64,000 bases of DNA from Aplysia californica (lineage: Eukaryota). Shown piece after piece: positions 57,751-64,000 of this stretch. Below the pieces are notes generated by a model that saw only the letters and a list, made by a program, of their open reading frames with translations, was not told where the DNA came from and did not search any database. The stretch lies in the NCBI RefSeq assembly GCF_000002075.1, contig NW_004797384.1, positions 1,097,148-1,161,147 of the forward strand, written 5' to 3'. Every line of letters begins with the position of its first letter. The stretch's first letter is position 1. A program made the translations under genes and the position numbers.

Positions 57751-59395
57751 AAAGCTTTGTTGATCATCATATTGGCAAAGATTCAGTTATTGTTGACAGT
57801 CATGCTGGGATTGATTTAGTCGCTGTTGAGTCTTATTGGCTTAGTAAAGGTGTAGTGTTTGTTGACAGTTGTGTTGGCTTAGCTTTAGTCACTGCAATCG
57901 ATCAATCTCGTCAGCTAGTCGCTTAAGTATTTGCAAAGCAAATTTCAACTGCAAAAGTCCTGACCGTTTTTATATTAATATAAATTTTAAAATAAATTTA
58001 ATCATTCTTTTGTTTTGGTTTGTCCTAGTAAACGACACTTAATTTTGTCCTGGCTTCTATAATGTAGCTGTTAGGCTCTTTGCTGTAGTTTGCAGAAAGC
58101 ATAAGCTTGATTCATGAGGGTGAACATGTTTATAGAGTTTTTCTGTCCCTGTTCTGGGATGCTGTATTCCATATCAGCCTGGGTTGACCTGAACCGGCAG
58201 GGTCAAGCAACCTGTCCCCCATTGGTGATCTAATTTTGCTGATAGAGCTGTAAAATGCTACTATTACTATTACTATTTCTGCTGCTACTGATCAAACTGT
58301 TCTCTATAGTTTCTGCCCTGAGGCTAGCCTTGCATGAATTCTTTCAGTCTTTTTCTCTTCTGAATTTTTTGGTTTTGTTTTGTTTTTGAGATTCTTTGGT
58401 GTTTTTGCTGTAATTGTTACACTATGTTCTAGTACCTGACCCTGTATTTGGTTACTAAATATATGAAATTTGCTGACATTAATGTGATATCTCTCTGTGA
58501 ATAAGGCACTACTATTTGTATTATTCTTATTCTTATTGTAATCATCATCATCATTGTCACCAGCATTTTTACATAGTGAAAAGTATTATTTTTTTATCAT
58601 TATCTTTATTATTGGAATTATTTTTTATTTCATGAAGAAGTAAAAAGTATTATTATTACTGTCGACATCTTCATTTTCATTATCTTCATTTTCATCATCA
58701 TTATAAAATTGAAAAGTAGTGACTGCCATCTGTTGTGTAGCAGCAGGCAGGGACTGAAGCCCGCCTCCTAAATGATCATCTAGATTGTGTTGATTGGGAA
58801 CGTAAAACGTACATTAAAAAAAACCCAGTAATGAAAAGTATTATTTTATTAGAGATATTACTTTTCAGAAAAGTATTTTTATCGTGGCATCATGGTTACA
58901 TTAACACATATCATTCATCAGTACTTTTCTTTTGAATGATGTACTATTTTTTTGGGCCCTGGGATGGTGCTTGCTTGAGAAAAATTTCCTAGGTCCTGAT
59001 GTCTCTAACATTTGTTTATGCTTGTCATCTCACTGCGATGTTCATGTCATTTCTTTCAAAGGATTTTTTTTTTTTTTAATTATTTTTTTTGGTACATTTT
59101 CCTGAACTAAAGTTTGTTGCTGTTGTTTGAACTGACATTTGAAACTTTGTTTCTCCATCTACCTCCGTGACCAGGCAGACGTAAGCTGTAAACTTGATTA
59201 TATTCTGCACCAATTTTCTCTGTTTTTGTAACATACACTTTTTCGCCGTACTGTGTTATGAATTCCCAAGTGTAGAAATTTTTTATCCAGCGTCTCTAAA
59301 TGTCTTCTGGGATGTTTTGTTCCTCTCCGCCAGATTGGCCCTGACAAGCTGGTTTGAACTAGCATGCTTCATAATATAAGGTCTAGATTACAGTA

Positions 59396-60277
59396 CAGTG
59401 GAGTCGTCTTAAGCTGGAATGTCCTGTCTCCAGATTTTATTTGGCTTATCCGAGTTTTCAGTTTTGAGAGGTTGCTCAAATAGAAGGAAAAAAAATCAAG
59501 AATTTTATTTTCTTTCTGTCAACTTCTCTTTTCGGATTAACAGTGTTTGTTAAGGGGGAGGGGGGGGGGGCTACGCCTGAAGGCTGTCTCGCTTATTAGT
59601 GAATTTTACCAAATTTCACACATATAACAAGCTTAGTAAGGAGTCTTAAAATCCGCCGTCAAATTTGAGAAAAATGTTTCGTTTCCATGGATACGGCGGC
59701 CATATTGGGTTTTGTTGACATCCTACGTAATGAATACCGCACTTACTGTTCATGGAAATTGATTATTTTTTTGCAGGCGTGTTCACAAACATTAGATCTC
59801 AAAAGTTGTGTGTTGTTTTTTTCCTAAACGAATTAGAACATTTCTAATGAATTTTTTTCTGAGGTAGCATTCAAGTTTGCAAAAAATCCGTGAAAGTCCA
59901 CACTCAAGACACCACCACCAAAAATGTATTTCATATATCAAAAATTCAACAGATGAATTTTTAGTATTACATCTTCTCTTCCTTCTGTGCAAATTTTATG
60001 AAGATTGGATGAAAAATGGTGGAGTTATTAAAAAAAGTAGAGAGAAAAGTTGCGTTTAAAGAAATCGGCCGATAAAGAAGAATACAATATTGACTTTATA
60101 AGGAAGTGGTGGTGACACACATGCCCGATATGGGAAGAAATGAGGTTTTTGGGGGTTCTTATGCTATGAAATAGTTGTAGGAGAGGCTGAGGAAGCTAAA
60201 AATGCCTACAACTCAAATTCCATAATTTTGAGCCGAATCGGGACTTTGCCCCCCCACCCCTTAAGTGGACTCCTCTG
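59396..60277. mobile_element. Tc1/pogo-type MITE interrupted by a TTAA-targeting element
   Basis: TA|CAGTGGAGTCGTCTTAA...TTAAGTGGACTCCTCTG|TA. Confidence 0.75.
59554..60260. mobile_element. Kolobok-like non-autonomous element (GGGG...CCCC, TTAA TSD), 707 bp, nested
   Basis: TTAA at 59550-59553 and 60261-60264; G-run/C-run TIR; inserted in the right TIR of the host MITE. Confidence 0.7.
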
Positions 60278-62993
60278 TATATAGCCTACAGTTCCTTGCT
60301 GGGCAGTAATGGTGCCTACTCATACCCCATGCCAAAGGGTACACTACCATAGAGAGTGGATGGATTATGAGTGTTCTGCTGCAGCTTGCTCGTTTTGCTT
60401 CTCTTCATCTGTCATTGTCATCTGTTCAGGCAAAATGTGGCGATTTTTCGTGCTATCTCGCCATTTGTTCCAACTCAACAGCTAGTGAGAAACTTCTGCA
60501 TTTTCAACGTTGACATTCCCTTCACTCAATGCGGTTATTACTTACATACTCTTTAGATACTGTTTTTTTCCCCCCTTTGAGTGTCTGGTGCTGCTCTGAA
60601 TGCTTTGCTGGGTAGATAGATGATTGGCTTTATTTGAACAGAGTGTAACCCGGGCAGATCACTTTTCTTGGCCCTTCACGTATGGAGATATAAGGATTGA
60701 GTACCCTTGTAAGAAGGATACGATGTGTAATATCTTCACCATCCCAGCAGGAAGGAGATTGACTCCGTATACGTTTGTCTGTCTGCTGGGACATTGCATC
60801 CATCCATCTCAGCCCTGGTTAGCTTAGGCAGGCGGGGTTGAGGCAGTCTACATCCTAAATGACCTACATTGTGACATCAGGGATGAAAGAACATAAATTA
60901 GTTTGTCTTTTCCCGTTGAATTTTAAAAAAAAGAAATTGTCAGACTCCGTTGGTGTTATGTAGGACTCTTAGTATTTACTTTGATGGTAGAGACAGGAGA
61001 TTTATGGAGAAATGTAGACTTTTTCGTTCTGATTTGCTGTATACTTCAACTCAACAGCCATGGAGGATGACTTTACTAATGATACAAATGTCTTTACTGA
61101 TGATGACAAGGCAGCATGTATCATTTTGCTGTTGTGTGAAATAATATGTCAGTCGGTTGATGTCTGTGATGTGCTCTTGTTTCAGCATTATACTCCAAAC
61201 TTTGTGATAAGTGAATTATGTGAGATTGTTTTCTGTCTGATGATTTCTTGGGGGGGGGGGGGGATTTTTGTTGTAAATGATTGAGTGTATCTAGGTATGT
61301 TGTAAGAGTTAATTGCTAAATGGTAAGTCCAATGTAGTGAAAACCAAATATTACAGAAAATTAAAGAAAAAGTTAACAGTGTTATGTTCTAATTACACAA
61401 GTTGCGAAGGTTTGAAAATAATTAGAAGACAGAATAAAACAGCCGTTTTTATTTTCAGTCTATTATTTGGCTTGTATTTCTGTTATAATGTAAAATTATC
61501 TGTTTAAAAATGGAAACCAAAAATGCTTTGATTTGCCTTTCAGCATTTATCACTAAGGATTTAGTCTGGCTAATCATAGTTTTTGTGCAAGTGAATACTT
61601 TTGAGCTCCGAGTTCTTTTCAAAACTTTTCAAATACGTAATGCATGGTAGCATGAGGCTACTTGTAGATCCTACTTCTTTTCTTTCCTTCTGTTGTCTCA
61701 GTCTGTCTATATATCTGCAGTAAATGACCAGTATTTTGTGGATGTAATTTTCTTCACTCAAACCACCATACGTAAGTTAGAAAGTAAGTAATTTTATTCA
61801 GTATTTAAGGCTATTGGCCCACATCACATCACATTATCATAAAAGAACTTGTGAGAGCTCACACACTTTTTTAACATTCTCAACGGTAGTTGCTGTAGCT
61901 GTAGTTTCAGTGGCAGTCACAAGAGCAAAAAGAAACTCCAGTTCCTCAGATTTTTGTACCCCACATCCCCTCGACTAAATACTGTAGGTGGTTGAGGGTA
62001 CCAGTGTCTTTTAGGTCCTCTTTCATTCGTTCCCATAATTCATTTGTTTCTGTCTGTTGGTCTCATTACCATACAAGCTTCACAAGATCCATGGTTTTGT
62101 CAGTCTACCAATGAGACAGCATATTTTGTTCTCAGAATGACACAGCATGTTTTCCGGACTTTTTTTGTTTCTGTATTCTATTATCATATGATTTGTATCA
62201 GGGTAAACCTGTAAATATATGTTGAGTTTCTATAGATGTCTGTAAGAGAAATCTGTGTTAAGGGAGGAGCATGTATCATATTTCTCATTAAGCAAATGAC
62301 AATTTTATGAACCACAATTTATTTTATTTTCTATATTCTTTAGTATCTGCCTTTTATGCTTATTTAATTTTGCTGTGCTTTTTTTGACTCAAAAGAGAAT
62401 TTTTTAAAATGGAATCAAGAAAACAGGAAAGTGGATGAGTAAGGAGAGGTTGACAATTGAAATCAGTATTGTGCACTATTATATTTACTTTAGCTTCTTT
62501 GCTTGTTTTTGTTTTGATTTGGCTGGCACTCATTTCTGTAGGGCAGATGATAGACAGAGAGGTACCAGTGCAAAGTTTCTTTCATTCCTGTTGTATGGAT
62601 TTAGATTATATATGTCGTTAACAACATGTTTTCTTTTTCTTTAATTGTTGTCTTGCTGACACGCTTCTGTTGTACACATAGATGTACAAACTTACTTACT
62701 CTCTGTATTACAGCTGGTTATGTTTTGTCGGATTTCCCTCAGTTGTTGAAGCATTCCATCTCGTGTTCCGTAGGTAGATTTTGATATGTTGTTGTGATAT
62801 AGCACTCACTGTAGTTTCTAAGTGCTTTCATTTATTTGTTTTTTTGTACTCCTACTGAACCTTTTGTTATGTTTGTATTATTGGCTTTTGGTGGTGGTTT
62901 GAAGGAAGGGGTTGTTGATGGCTGTGGAGATAGTGGTTGTTTATTTTGCAGGTAAACTCACACACACACAAACACACGCACGCGCGCACGCAC

Positions 62994-63045
<52 letters not shown>

Positions 63046-63114
63046 TGCATACTGCTTTAAACTTTAAACTCATCTGTTAAAATGCAAAAGGCCTTTCTAT
63101 ACTTTCAGTTTTAA

Positions 63115-63275
63115 CACTTTCCACCCACGCTGCGCGCAGAGCGTGCTACACTTATCCCCACGGACCAGGATACAGATGTGGTACATGCTATATCACACCG
63201 TAGCCAATTGGCGTGCAGTGGGGTAAAGGGACGGCTTCTGACCGTCACTGATGGGCGTTCCATGGGGGCATAGTG
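63115..63275. mobile_element. piggyBac-like MITE, 161 bp
   Basis: TTAA|CACTTTCCACCCA...TGGGGGCATAGTG|TTAA. Confidence 0.7.
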
Positions 63276-64000
63276 TTAAATTTTGTCCATGAGGGAGCAA
63301 AACACTTGCTAATCCAATTACAGTTATAGAAATGTAACTCTGGTAGGCCTACTCCCCATGGCTAGTAGTACAGAGAATGCCCACAACTCTGATCACAAAG
63401 GGAAACTAATAATACAGTGTAGGCGATTGTATATTCCTAGTCAGTCAATGTGAGTTGGCTTTTTGTGTATAATGCAATGTAATGAAAAAATGTCTGAAGG
63501 CAAATTCTGCACAAACCGTTTTTTTGTGTACAGTCGAACCTGGTCTAACAGCCACCTACAGTCACCTGTTCAAATGACCAGGTCCCACTTACTTCCTCCC
63601 TTGCATTTTTCTAAATATAATAATGATGCTGTCCTAAAGGACCAGCTGTCTGGGATGGCCGCTGTTCTCCTCGACTGTAGGCGGTTGTCATGAACAGGTC
63701 TGACTGTGGTTCTTTTACATCTCCATGACAATAATGCATTGCCAAGAGGCTAAGTTAACCTTTTGAAGAGCTTGAGCTGGATCGGGTATTTTATTATTTA
63801 TTTTCCATGTTGTAAAATTTTGTCTCTGTTTTTGAATTTTTTAGAAGAGATGATCATAGACATAAGTTGTCGCTTTATAAGAAGATTGGACACAGTATTT
63901 CTTTAGGACAGTGTCAGGGATTTGTCTTTTAATATAAGAAAAAAAAAGGACAGTTATAGTTTTTTGATCTTGTGAAGACATTTTTTTTTTCAATGGCCTG

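Overview
This is animal (metazoan) nuclear DNA: AT-rich, intron-rich, repeat-rich, with six assembly gaps. The repeat landscape (Deu/Nin-domain tRNA SINE, L2, RTE, many MITEs) would fit a mollusc, but the species cannot be determined from sequence alone. There are two plus-strand protein-coding genes. (1) The 3' part of EEA1 (early endosome antigen 1): I joined 32 GT-AG exons between 438 and 33390 into one open frame of about 1255 aa, a long coiled coil ending in a FYVE finger. The 5' exons lie upstream of the window. (2) A 590-aa BTB-BACK-Kelch (KLHL24-like) gene with three coding exons at 52802-56371. Between them lie a decayed hAT transposon and a CpG-rich cluster of nested TIR elements. 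The most interesting observations are: a frame-preserving 21-nt candidate microexon in the largest EEA1 intron; four short retroposon families sharing one 3' stem-loop, two of which have no recognisable Pol III head; an apparent tendency of retroposon 3' tails to sit next to, and point towards, EEA1 exons; two elements built from palindrome arrays, one interrupted by a TG...CA element with a 6-bp TSD; and a 33-bp palindrome flanked by an 8-bp direct repeat. All repeat calls were made by eye, with no database searches, and boundaries of diverged copies are approximate.
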